This document shows positions 41,613 through 54,000 of a stretch of 64,000 nucleotides of DNA, in pieces (positions within the stretch are counted from its first letter, which is position 1; each line of letters starts with the position of its first letter). The notes below the pieces were generated by a model that saw nothing but the letters and a program-made list of their open reading frames with translations, was not told where the DNA came from and searched no databases. A program made the position numbers and the translations under genes. The DNA is from Octopus vulgaris (taxonomy: Eukaryota), in assembly GCA_951406725.2 (NCBI GenBank), contig OX597830.1, positions 5,332,001 through 5,396,000 of the forward strand, written 5' to 3'.

Positions 41613-43505
41613 GTAAATGAAACAATTGGTAATGAATATATTTTATCAATAACAATATTGATGTTTAACTATGAATTCTAAGTGTAGTTTATCAGTGACG
41701 AAAGTGTGCCCTTATTATTGCCATTGATAGTTAGCATATAGCCTTCCAAGGGAGATAAACTAATCAAGGTCGAAATCATGAGCCTTTGAGGCGGACAAAG
41801 AGAAAGGAATGGAATCAGGTTACCATAAGCTTCTTTTCATTGTAACTATTTACTGCTGGTGTGTTTATGTTTAAATGTCCTTCCTCATATTCCAGCGCAT
41901 CGAGGGTGAGGCAAAACAAATTCGGAATCCATCAATGAATCGACCAACAACATGTCATGCGGGTAAGATGTTTTACTAACTACGTGATTTTGTGTTCGAT
42001 ATCAGTGCGCGACAGTTTAGAAAATAATTTTATCAGGGCTACCAGCCGACTAAACTCTTGTGGTGGAATCTTGCTTAAAACATAATTTGGTTTAACATCA
42101 TCGCATGACTTTTAGGTGCTGTAGCCGTATCTAATCTTTGGTAAGTATTCAGGAGAATTCTTGGGTCTGTTGGTAATACTTTTCTTTATTGCCACAAGTG
42201 ACGGAGATTCGAGAAAGTGCTATGTAGGCCGTCCTTTCTTCCCTGAATTAATCAATAAAAATAACTGTATCCACCCATTTGCAATACCAACCAGGAATGT
42301 AGTGACATTAATGATCCCAATAATAACCAACTGTTTAACATTTAATCTTGTATCCAGAGATGGAATCTCATTTATAATTTGTAATTAGTATTGAATAAAG
42401 ATGAAGTAATAGGAGAGGAAGTGGTCACTGGAATTTGTTTAGAAATAAGAACAGATCCGGGAGTATTTCGGAAGTAGTAGTCATGGTTGGACACCGAAAC
42501 AAGCCAGGTCGTTACAACAATAGTCTACTTTCTTCTTTCAATTCAAATAATTCATGGTCACGTTCCCAAAATGTCGATTTGGCATTAGGCATTGGCACAA
42601 GCTTACAACCTGAAATTAAAGCGATTAATCAAAGTGTTACAAGCAATAGCAGGCGGAAACTGATTCTTGAAAACTAATTTGCAAATACAACATGAGTTAT
42701 TGTTCATAGAAAATTCTTATTTCCTCGAAAGATATTACTTTACCAAATAAATACGGAGTTGCATACTCAAGTGATATCATGGCGTGATGTCTCGCATAAT
42801 ATTCAACTTGACCCTAATAATTTTACAGCCAATACCATGGACAACAAAGAGTGAATAAAGGTTAGACTTAAGGTCAGAGTTGATGCTGCAGGCCGGATAA
42901 CATGTCAGACGAAATAATTAATTTCTAGGAATATATATTTTATTAATTAGCAAATGCAAAGGATAGAATTTCTACATTATCTACTTCCATAGCATTTGTC
43001 TTGAAAATTTCAAATGCCGAGACGAGGTAAAGAAAACCAACCAGAATATTGTCCAAATTAAAAAAAAAAAAAAGAAACGAAAGAAAACAGACAACCATTC
43101 CAAGCAGGTGATTATAGACAGGTTGTCTTTGATGAGCAGCTCATATATTGGTGCTTAATAACGGAAGATATTGGAATCAGAATAAACACTTGTGCAACAA
43201 TAATTTTTTGATCTGGAAACGATTTTGTATAAATTGGTAAAGGGGAATTCTTCAGATGTTCTGTATTTTTCCTCTGGGTGTTGTTGTTGTTGGTGTATGG
43301 TATGAGACGAGGCAGATCTATGGGATGTTGGTAATTATTAGTGCCATTCACAGAGCTATATATCTGGATATATTAGGATTCTGTTCAGCCGCACTTACTA
43401 ACAGATGGTGTATATACATATATGCATGCATACATACATACATACATACATACATACATACATACATACATACATACATACATAAATATATACATACATA
43501 TATAG

Positions 43506-43632
43506 GAATGGATGTGTGGTAAATAGCTTCAGTCCCACTGCGTGGCATCTTCAGCAGGTGTCTTCTATAGCCTCGAGCCGACCAACGACTTGTGAGTGGA
43601 TTTGGTGGACGGAAACTGAAAGAAGCCCGTCC

Positions 43633-43633
<1 letters not shown>
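43506..43633 (+). mobile_element. SINE family B, 5' half
   Basis: cagtcccactgcgtggc...ttgtgagtggatttggtggacggaaactgaaagaagcccgtc. Confidence 0.88.
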
Positions 43634-43698
<65 letters not shown>

Positions 43699-43701
<3 letters not shown>

Positions 43702-43873
43702 GTGAGATTTTACGAAAAAAACAAAATAAAGACGAAGACAGGTGTGTAAACAACAAACAGATGTATTAGTTTAACGCACAGGAAGTGAGAAAGTTTTTTA
43801 CGCATCGAGCCTACACTCTTCAAAGGAACATAAAAATAAACAGGGAGAGAAAACAAAAAAGGGTTTAGTGGCT
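43699..43873 (-). mobile_element. PLE-like element P1 (hammerhead core decayed)
   Basis: High similarity to 13150-13282; (TA)n on both sides. Confidence 0.7.
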
Positions 43874-43896
43874 ATATATATATATATATATAGATC

Positions 43897-44126
43897 TACA
43901 ATTTCAATATCCCTACATATCTTACATCTATTTACTTTCCTCCACCTCACTCTATATTTTGTATTCTATCTAAATTAACTATTTCTTAACCATCCTCTCA
44001 CGCTGTCTCCGATGAAGGGATATAATTAATAAATATCCTGGAAACAGCTGTAAGATCTATCAATAAATGTTTTAATATCTACACAGCCTTGGTTTTTTAT
44101 CTCATTACGCAAAAAAATTCTTATAT
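43897..44126 (+). mobile_element. PLE-LTR-like element P2
   Basis: Homologous over about 220 bp to 41050-41275; contains hammerhead-like motif. Confidence 0.7.
44005..44056 (+). ncRNA. Minimal type-I hammerhead ribozyme-like motif (U4C variant)
   Basis: gtct|CCGATGA|a|gggata-taattaataaa-tatcct|g|GAAAC-agct-GTA|agat: stems I and II pair, stem III is palindromic ACAGCTGT; activity untested. Confidence 0.55.
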
Positions 44127-44236
44127 ACACACACTGACACATTACCGAACCTGGAACTTAACAATGGTCTGTCTATAGCACTTATTCAGCATTACCTGAC
44201 ACTTATGGGTCTCAATGACGCAATTACCTCTTATAA

Positions 44237-44289
<53 letters not shown>

Positions 44290-44292
44290 CAC

Positions 44293-44324
<32 letters not shown>

Positions 44325-44941
44325 GGTGTGTTCGTTAAGTTAAGGGGGGATTTCAAAGCTATTTATTGATGTAACTTGTAACACTACACATTTCACATCC
44401 ATGTTTAATGAGAGACCGACTAATAAAGTTTACTTATAGTTTAGTGTAGTTCGGTGAGGCTTCCATTTGTTTCCTTACACACTTCCAATTGATACTCCAG
44501 TCGGAAGAGTGAATAAAAGTTTACGGACACACAATATATGCAAATAATCACTTGCTACCCCATAACAGGAAGTGGAGACGATGTTGTGTAGCTATGTTTA
44601 ATTACCACTATTATTCCGGGAACAGTTTGAGAAATAAATTCCAAAATGGACAGTCTTGTTTTGGTTTTGGCTCTATACTAAATTGACTCTGATTGATAAT
44701 TGATTTTCTAAAATGGCCGAACCTGGCAAAAGGACAACATCGATTCCACTGTGAGAAATCAGGTTTTAATGGGTTCTAAACTTGAATGCACACCTACCAC
44801 ATATTAACCTTTCAAAGTATGAATATTGGTTTATATTTGAAAGTTAATCTCGAGTAGCAGCAGTGAATTTGTGGTCCGCGGACTTTAGCCGTTGAGTTTT
44901 CATTGCTCCACAGAAATTTCTTCGTCTACTTATTACAGAAA

Positions 44942-45160
44942 TATTGATTTCAAATTTTTGGGCTAGGCAAGAATTTCGGGGGAGAGGATTAGTCAATTAC
45001 ATCGAGTCCCAGTTCTCGAATGGTTTTCATTTTATCGACCTCTCAAGAGATGAATGTCAAATTAGAGCATTGGTGGAATTTGAACTCAGAACGCAAAGTT
45101 GGACGAAAGCTGCTAAGCATTCTACCCGGTGTGCTAATGATTATGCCAGCTCGCCGCCTT
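44942..45160 (-). mobile_element. SINE family A
   Basis: ggaatttgaactcagaacg...gtgctaatgattatgccagctcgccgcct. Confidence 0.88.
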
Positions 45161-45339
45161 AAACAAGCAATGCGTTTTATGTCTTGTCTTATTTTAATTG
45201 TTTCTTGTTAGCTTACATTATTGAATTAAGCCAAATTATTTGAATTTGTTTTTTAATTCTTGGTTTAATTCAATTGATTTTATTCAATGTTTCACGAAAG
45301 TAGTCAGTAAATCGAAAGAGTTAACAATAAGACACTAAC

Positions 45340-45630
45340 TAAAAGTCCTCTGATATAAATGTTTACGAATATATTTCGTCCATTATCAGAAAATAAAATT
45401 AGCCCTTCATTTAATAAATGGAAGTGGTCTATGATAAAACACCCGCTAAAAACCTTGATCTAGATGTCTATAGATTTATTTTGTCTAGTCAAAAGGGATA
45501 AAAATTAACCTTTGATTTAGTAAATGGAAGGGGGTCGATGATAACTGAGTTGGTACGAATCCCTGATTTAGAAGTTTATACATTGATTTTGTCCGAAGTT
45601 AGAATGAATCAAATTAGCTCTCGATATCAT
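45340..45630. repeat. Diverged tandem repeat, period about 106 bp, about 2.7 copies
   Basis: taaatggaag.gg..c.atgataa recurs at about 45415 and 45521; aaatta(g/a)c at about 45397, 45503, 45611. Confidence 0.6.
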
Positions 45631-45984
45631 CAACCTGTATGTTTGATGCTTTTGACTTCGCCGGTAGAGAGAGAGATAGTTTTAGAAATACTTAAAGCTA
45701 TGGTTTGCTATTAAATTTTCTCTATTTTCTTATAACGAGAGACAAATTTAACAAAATTCAGCCTTAATATAATACATTTTTAATTTACTTTCTTGCTAAG
45801 TGGGGTTTCAGTCTGCGGATTTATTCCGCCATATTTGTCAAATATTTGCACAGGGACATCAGTTACATCTGGTCTAGGGTTTAGGGTGTTGGATTCGTGG
45901 TTATAAGGTTTGTTATGACCTTCGACAATTCACTTCCTTTCACGGATTTATTCTACTATATTTGTCAGATAATTACTTCAAGTT

Positions 45985-46110
45985 TACGCGTGGTCGAGTG
46001 GTTAGTGTGTGGGACTCATGATCATAAGGTCACAGGTTCGTCGTTTTCTTGAACAAGTCCCTTCATTTCACGTTGTTCCAGTGTACTCAGCTGAAATTAA
46101 ATACTAGCTA
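45985..46110 (+). mobile_element. SINE family C, partial
   Basis: cgcgtggtcgagtggttagtg...catttcacgttgttccagtgtactcagctg. Confidence 0.75.
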
Positions 46111-46360
46111 AGTGATGAGGTTACCCTCTGTTGTTTCTTCTGGATATAACATACTTCCTGACCCCTTGGGTCCAAGGTAAGGAATTCGTAAGGATTTCTT
46201 TATCTACTCATCGCTATATGGCCACTGGAAAACAATTGACGAAATCCCGGCACATGTTATTAGGTGTTACTTGTTCGCCAGTGATGGCCATGATTTTGGT
46301 TTATGTCAAAGCTGAGGGAATCCATTCGCGTTGCCCAATGAATTACTGTAGCTATGAAGT

Positions 46361-46728
46361 AGGCACAGGCGTGGCTATGTGGTAAGAAGCCTGCATCCCA
46401 ACAATATGGCTCCGGTTTCAGTCCCACTGTGTGGCACCTTGGCAAGTGTCTTATAATATAGCCCTACGCTGACTAAATAGATCTGGTAAACGGAAAGAAG
46501 CTCGTTGTATGTGTGTGTGTGTGTGTGTGTGACTGTTCGTTCTCAACCACCGCTTGACAACCGGTGTTGGTTTTCTTGCATTCTGCAAATTAGCGGTTCA
46601 GCAAAAAAAGTTACCGATCGAACATGTACCAGGCTTCAGAAATGTACTCGGATCGATATCTTCAACTAAACCCTTGAAGGCCATGCTCCAGCAAGGCCGC
46701 AGTGCAATGAGTGAAACAAGAAAAAGAG
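46361..46728 (+). mobile_element. SINE family B, near full length
   Basis: aggcacaggcgtggctatgtggtaag...(TG)n...gcttgacaaccggtgttgg...gctccagcaaggccgcag. Confidence 0.9.
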
Positions 46729-47370
46729 TTTAAAGTGTTGTTAAACCGCGTCATTCTCTGTTACGCGATCCTTAGACGCTCTTTTGTGAATAGCATTGTG
46801 AATAGCATTGCTAAGATGTGTAAAATCAAAGCAAGGCCCAACAGTCCAATCCATTGATGCAGCAGTGTAGATACCAAAGGAAAGATCTAGATCAAAAGTT
46901 ATTCTTGCCATAAGAAGGTGAGCAAATGAGTGCTTCGTATCCAGTTTATATTTCAAAATCGGTTATATAATGGCCAAGGTAACGTAACCGAAAGAGCTTC
47001 TGAGACAAACTATCTTTACATGACCAGTACAAAGCATCACACTATCAAATAATAATAGAAAAAGGAAATATAATTTGCGATCTAAAGTCGTATAAATTAT
47101 GTGTTATAAAGAAAGGAATGGGATTGTTATTAGTGTTAATGGTTTTGTTTCAGGAAACAATTGATATACGTTGGTAAATAATGAGGGATATATATGAAGT
47201 GGCAAAAGATTTAGCGTTCTAGGCGTATGTAAACAACAACCGGAAGTTGGCGACAGAAATATATACGTGTGTGTGTGTGTGTGTGGGTGTGTGTGCTTGC
47301 ATGTGTGTGTATGTATATATGTATGTATGTATTTATGTACGCTTCTATGTATCCATGTGTGCGTGTGTAT

Positions 47371-47424
<54 letters not shown>

Positions 47425-47460
47425 TTCTAAGTATCCATGTGTGCGAGTGTATATATATGA

Positions 47461-47511
<51 letters not shown>

Positions 47512-47846
47512 CATACATACACATATATATATATATATTCATATACATATATACATACATACGTATATTTATATAAGCATATGTATGATTTATACATATA
47601 GCTGTATATATGTTTACACTCTCATACACACAAATTTATATGTGTGTGTCTGTGTGCATGTGTGTCTGTCTGTCTGTGTCTGTGTAACTGTGTGTGCGCG
47701 TGTGTGTAAACATTGGAACAAAGAGTTGGCTATAAATTATAAAATAAAAAAATGGAGACCCGCCACTGACATCAGAGTGTTCAGATATATTTATTGAAGC
47801 GGAAATTTCAAATTTTGCGATTCTAGTCTGCACACACGCAGGCACA

Positions 47847-47900
<54 letters not shown>

Positions 47901-47919
47901 CACGCATGCATATACTTCT

Positions 47920-49560
47920 TTTATTATGATTAATTCTCGTTAAGAAAGACAAGGCAGAAAACTACGAAATTTAAATTAATAAGGAATTGAAATTACTTGA
48001 AAATTAATTGTAACAATTGATTCTCATCTGCTGTAGCATGGGGATAACTGACGACATGTTTCGGCCGTATAAGACCTTTTTAGTAAATAGTGAATTCTAG
48101 CTCTCAAATTGATTATAAGGAAATATAAAAGATTCTTGGAAAATAGCGCTCAATGACGTCACTATTTAAAGGAACGAGACCAGAAAACGCAGTCGTGTGT
48201 GTACTCTGGTGTTTATAGAGACAGTCATACCAATATAATAAATCTATAATCCAAAGAATTCTGTCTCTCGTTCCCAGGATTATATGTCCATTATATTGTT
48301 CCTGAATATTATTGAGAATCTAAAGGGCTGTATCATCGAAGTTCAATTCTTAAGGAGAAGCAGGAGTGTTAGAGAAAGAATAGAGAGAGGAGAAGAGAGC
48401 GACAAAAAGAATAGAGAACGAAAGCAGTAAAATATAAGACTTCATCGATGCCAGAAAACTTGCATCGTTGATGCCTTGTTATTAGGATTCAACAAAATAT
48501 GACTACAAGAACGATCTCTTAATCACATTTATTAAATAGACATTACCATAATTTCAATAAAGTACCATAGAAATTCTATGAAATGGACTGTTATTGAATA
48601 GAAAGATTCTTGCCATTATTATTAGGACATATCGAACTAAAGAATAACAAGACGGGTAGATATTTAGATGAAAGCTAACGTTGCAATAGGAGGGAGTATA
48701 TGATTGCGGTTGGATGTATAGGTTTGTTGATTGAAAGGGAAGTCAGTTAAGTAATATTGTAGTATATTTACTGTCAGTGTATAGCCTGCAGTTTGTTTTG
48801 GATTTTATTGTTTGCAGAATTCTTCTTGAAAGCTTCTATATTTTGGAAGTTTTAGAATATAAATATCAGGTATTGGAAGAGAAGAAGGAAACGTTGGTTT
48901 GACTGAATATATTCTGAGGAATTAAGAATGGAAAGGAAAGGAAAATATCCTTTTATTTAGGCCCGCAGCAAGGATGGGTGGAAGAATAGTATGTAATCGA
49001 AACTTAGTATCATAGATTAAAAAGAAAGAAAAGAAAAGAAAAAGAAAATACGATGCCTATATGGTCAATCGAAATAGCTTGAGGAATATGGTAAGAAGAT
49101 TGCGATTGTATGGTAATAGTGAGAAACAAGTGGGTTATGAAGTAATTCCAGCGGATTAATGAAGCTTGAAACTGAAGGAAAAAAGATAGAGATTTGGTAT
49201 AAATGACAGGAAATTAACTTTATTTTCAGAGAAAGCAACGTTTTGGAAAAGAAGAAATCCTTGATTATACAGCAGAGATGTTATGGATTAACAATCAGCA
49301 AATACTTGAGTTAATTCCATTTACTGAACAGAAAAGAAATTTAGTCTGCTTGATAATTTTCAGGAAAAATACTACAATATAAAAATGAAAAAGTTAATAT
49401 AAAAAGAAATTTAACTAAATAATCGCAATAACAACCAAAGAATTGTTTTAGAGTTCTGCCAAAAGCAATTCCATAACTGAATTTATCATTCAAATCACTT
49501 GAGTGTTGTTTATTAATTTTGTTTTTCAATTTTGAACTAGAATCTATGTTTGTTGTGTTG
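47920..49560 (-). mobile_element. Ancient Penelope-like retroelement relic (RT region to 3' LTR with decayed hammerhead)
   Basis: Minus-strand remnants in expected order: GIA..LKQFF..LVKFLFIL..ENY, YYSSTHPC..IF(P)F..LRIYS, KRS..FVE, then ctaaaaa-ggtc..ggcc-GAAAC-at-GTC at 48051-48083. Confidence 0.45.
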
Positions 49561-52500
49561 CTTTGCGTTAAGAGAAAAGTAGATTTATCCGGAAAACGCA
49601 TTATTTTTCGCATGAAACATCGCTGTTGTCATCCGGTGGATTAAGTTTGCGCGGGAAAAGTGCCAGCCTAGAAGTAGCGCCATAGTCGTGATAAGGATCA
49701 GCCTGTGCTGCCTGAAAGCTGAAAGGATCAAGTAATAAGTTGTTCTAACACGATGACCAGATTCGCTTATTTCCTTTGCTTTGGCAAAAAATATCTATCG
49801 ATCGCCATAGCAACGGAACAGATCGTTAACCATTTATATAGAAGAATGAAACTGAAATGAAAATATAACCAAAGAATATTAAAATTTTTTTCTCCGTTAA
49901 ATTCTTCTGTTACTTTCTGTGATGATGGAAATGAAAGATAAGTGTTCTTAGCTTTGTCCACTCCACCATTACAATGAATTTTCGATACGAAAATCAATAT
50001 CAATCCTTGAACGAGTATCGTATGGAGAACTGGAGTACAAACCTAAGGAGTAAGTCCAAAGTATTTACTCATCCAGACGGGTTATTGTTGCTTCTAACCA
50101 TTGATGTTTAGCCCTGTGTCAGGCCTGACTCATCAGCCTCCTGATCATATGTATTCCAGCCATGACTAAGCCCCTCTCTTTCTACATGAGGGACTAAATA
50201 CTTCCGTGTTTCCTTCCCTTTTACTTCAGACAATAACGAGTGATTTGAAGATTTGCGTGCTATTTCTATCAGATCAAGCGATATGATAGAGGTTTCCTCA
50301 TTAGCTCATAGTGTGAATTAGAGTTAATGATGTTCAGCTATATCAAAGCCAGTTACTTTTCATTATAACAATATGTGGCGGCATCTACACTTGCAACTGT
50401 AGTAGTTTAAAGTCGACATCAGTTTAAATATAGGGAAAATCTGCTGCCTCAAGGCTTTATGCATTCTTAGAAGCACATCTTCATTGTAGCCTACCAGAAG
50501 ACATCTGAATTTTGCACTAAAAACAAAGAAAAAAGAATGCTTTTGTACTTTCCATTGTATTATATTTATTGTAAAGTTCTTAAATTCTTAACAAAGTCAT
50601 TGAAAGTTCAGTCACCGTATTTTGTTTCTTACTTAAATATTTATAATTAGATTTTCACAATAAATGTAATTATATTTTCCCTATATTCAATAAAAATTTC
50701 TTTGACGCAACTTTATTAGATTACATTTAATTGTATGTGACCTTCAAGTATAAAAAGGTTTCCTTATCCCCCCCACACATCTACTGTCGTCTGTCAAATT
50801 GGAAGTATTTTCTATTTGCTTATGTTGTTCTTCTCTAAGTTCACAGCTTCAGTGAAAACATACTAACATTGCCACAATAATGTACAGTAAGTATTTTACC
50901 ATATTTATATAAGTTCACTTTAAATGTTATCAAACATAAGTGACTTTATCCGTGGCTGACTGGTTAAGAATTTCCCTTGCTAACTATAGTGTTTCCGGTT
51001 CAAACCTAATTTAGAGTACTTGACTCCTTTTTCTTTCAACTAGAAACTGTGGCCATGAATCTTGGGCAAGTTTCTTTCTCCATAGCCTTAATTTAACCAC
51101 CGGGATGTGGTACATGAATGCAAGATATAAGAAATGTTAACTGCTAGACTTAATTCTTTGCTCGGTCTCATACCATCGCCTGATCTTAAAACGAATTGTC
51201 CGAAGTGGAGTTCACTTCCGGCAAGATTCCCGTCCTTATCATCAGCTCTTTTACACCCACCAGTCTTGAAGCTACTGAAAAAGATAATAGCATTCCGATT
51301 TTCGCCTCTGGTTAAGTCAAGTAAAGCAAAAATATCAAAAACATAAAGAAGAAAAACAAAATGAATATCGGGGAAAATATGTTAAGTCGACGATAGCGGC
51401 GTAACAATTGTTTTAGGGATTGGTTGTTGTTGTTGTTGTTGAGTTTTAGGTCAATCCTATTCAAGCAACAATGTTAGAGTGTATCTAACTCTACAAAATC
51501 CAAGGCTTTCCTCCTTTCAGGCTGTATGGCTGATTTAAAGCAAGTTTGACTGTTATTTCTAGCATACTGTCATGGTCAGTTAGTTCGTAATTGGGTCATA
51601 GGCTAAATTATAAACTATAATTAGAGCAAAACATATATCGTCGTAGTGTATCAGATAGAGATTGAATTTAATCAAATTCAACAGGAATATGGAATGAATA
51701 CTCAATATAATATTTAAATATATTTCATTTGAGAATATAGCAAATATCGAAATGGAAAATTTAAAATCTCATTCAGTCGAAGTTATGTTCCAGCGTTGGC
51801 TTCTAGACGAAGTTATTTGTTTTGAGATATATCTCTACGGGTAAAGACTTGCGTCATGATTTTCAATTTTTCGCTTCCTCAAAATCTACGACACAAACCT
51901 CATCAAAAACAGAAATTGTTTTGGAACGTAATCAATGATTGAAAGACAAATGAAAATTTACAAATGTCAGTAACTTATTTCTTCATTTGTAACATTGTGC
52001 CTGTATAATCGTCATCGTCGTGGAGTATAGTAAAAACCGTTGGGCAAAGATGAATTCGTAGCAAAGAGCAGATACCATAACGTGATTTCAGTCCCTAAAA
52101 ATAATATTCTAAGTAGATACCATCGGAAAAGACACGACCACCTCCACTTTTGTGACAAATGCAATTTCATTAAATTAACGGACCTTCATTTTTCAGTGAG
52201 AATTAAACCAATAATATTTCGGAATTAAATGATTCGCGATTTCCTTGTCGTTATTTTTCCCCTCACTTCTTATTTGAAGCTAAAATTCTGGACGTTGGCA
52301 GGTGAATCTCATTTTCTCCTGATTTTAATTCTTCTTGTCAAGTTCACCAATAAACAACACTGCAATAAAACAACAGATTCCTGCTAGTTTACAGAGGTAA
52401 CAGCTCCGGAAATCAGTTACAAGCTGTATAAACGAAACACAAATACAAACTACACATACTTAAAAAATAAAATAGTATTAAAAATTGGTCTTTTAATGGC

Positions 52501-52606
52501 TGTTATTGACACAAAATTTTTAAAGGTCAAATATTGATTTTTAACGTATCAATAATCAGCAGTTTCCGTGTTATTGTATTGTCGTAAACGTTTTCTTTCT
52601 AAACAG

Positions 52607-52755
52607 GTTAAACAAATATTTAGACAAGACTGGTCGTCGAATCCTCTCCTTACGCGGCATTTTATCATCGTAAAGCAAGCAAGAGTTAGATGTCTGGATA
52701 GAGCTGTGGACAGAACGGCAACAACAGTGAGACATATTAGTGTCAGGCGAGAGAC
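52607..52755 (+). other. Candidate isolated exon (149 bp), product unknown
   Basis: Acceptor gttttctttctaaacag| and donor |gtaagt; one open frame [15 protein letters not shown]...; no recognised homology. Confidence 0.25.
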
Positions 52756-52874
52756 GTAAGTGAACAGAAATGAAATAAGAGACAATGTACACATATAAGC
52801 AGGGGTACAGTGTACATATGTAGTGTAGGTACGTATGTGGGTAAATATGTATACGTATATGTATGTACTCATGG

Positions 52875-52917
<43 letters not shown>

Positions 52918-52937
52918 TGCATATATATGTATATATA

Positions 52938-53131
52938 TAGTAAATCACCAAAGATCAAGAACAAGCACAGGAAAAAACAACAACGCGAGGACGTGGTACA
53001 TGCAAAGTTTTAGCAGACGCTCGGGAAGGAAAGAAAGGTGGTTTTACGTTTCGAGCAAGGCTCTTCTTCAGAAACAAGAGACACAGGAAAGCTGAAGAGA
53101 AAAAGAAGACTAGGAAAAAAATCGCCAACGA
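52938..53131 (-). mobile_element. PLE-like element, P1-related subfamily, in (TA)n
   Basis: Shares acgctcgggaag..gaaag...tacgtttcgagc with 13221-13257. Confidence 0.65.
53041..53075 (-). ncRNA. Minimal type-I hammerhead ribozyme-like motif with canonical core
   Basis: Minus strand gttt|CTGAAGA|a|gagc-ctt-gctc|GAAA-cg-TA|aaac: core CUGANGA/GAAA/UH present; stem III is the ACGT palindrome. Confidence 0.6.
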
Positions 53132-53144
53132 TATATATATATAT

Positions 53145-53510
53145 ATTCAATAACAATTGAGGAACGGCCTCAATAGGCCATTCGACCCACTAGAAAGAGC
53201 AGCCAGGACTCAAACCGCCAACTAGTAGTAATTCAGAAATTAAAGGAAAATTAAAAAATATTTACCTTATTCATCTTTGATTTTTAAATTTTTTAATTTT
53301 TTAAATTCTTTTAATTTTCCTTTAATTTCTGAATTACTACTACTTGGCAGTTTGAGTCCTGGCTGCTCTTTCTAGTGGGTCGAATGGCCTATTGAGGCCG
53401 TTCCTCAATTGTTGTTGAATTTATATATATAGTCTCTGACTATTTTCTCTTTCTCACTAAACCGCTGGTGGCGAAGTTTTTATTGAATTTTTTGCTACCC
53501 TATATTGATT
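53145..53510. mobile_element. (TA)n-embedded element H with 112-bp fold-back hairpin
   Basis: Arms 53145-53256 and 53309-53420 reverse-complementary with 3 mismatches; leader 53428-53510 homologous to 34958-35042. Confidence 0.85.
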
Positions 53511-53949
53511 AATATATATATGCGCGCGCGCGCGCGTTTGTTAACGATAAATACATTATACTAAGACTGCCTACTATTACATGTTCGAAATACGCTTCAG
53601 CTCTCACAACAAGATTATAGCCACATGATAACGTTTAGAAGTGCCGTGCGTATGCACACATAGACGAGCAGCATTTATTTAATACTAGCCTTGCCCGGGT
53701 TTAAGTTACGATTATTAAGCTAATCAAGTTCTTTATTTCAAACCTAACTAAGTAATATAGACGTCAAATTTGGGCGGAATCAGTTGAATTTAGTTATATA
53801 TATTATTTAACAATTACAATATATTTATATTTAAAATAAATATATTGTAATTGTTGTGTGAGAAAGTATATATACTATGATTATAAAACATAGTGTGTTT
53901 CAAAAACAAAAAACAAAACCTTTTACATTTTATTTTTTATGAACGTCAT

Positions 53950-54000
<51 letters not shown>

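Noticed and set aside
45874-45886. Telomere-like tagggtttaggg
   Set aside because: Only two imperfect units.
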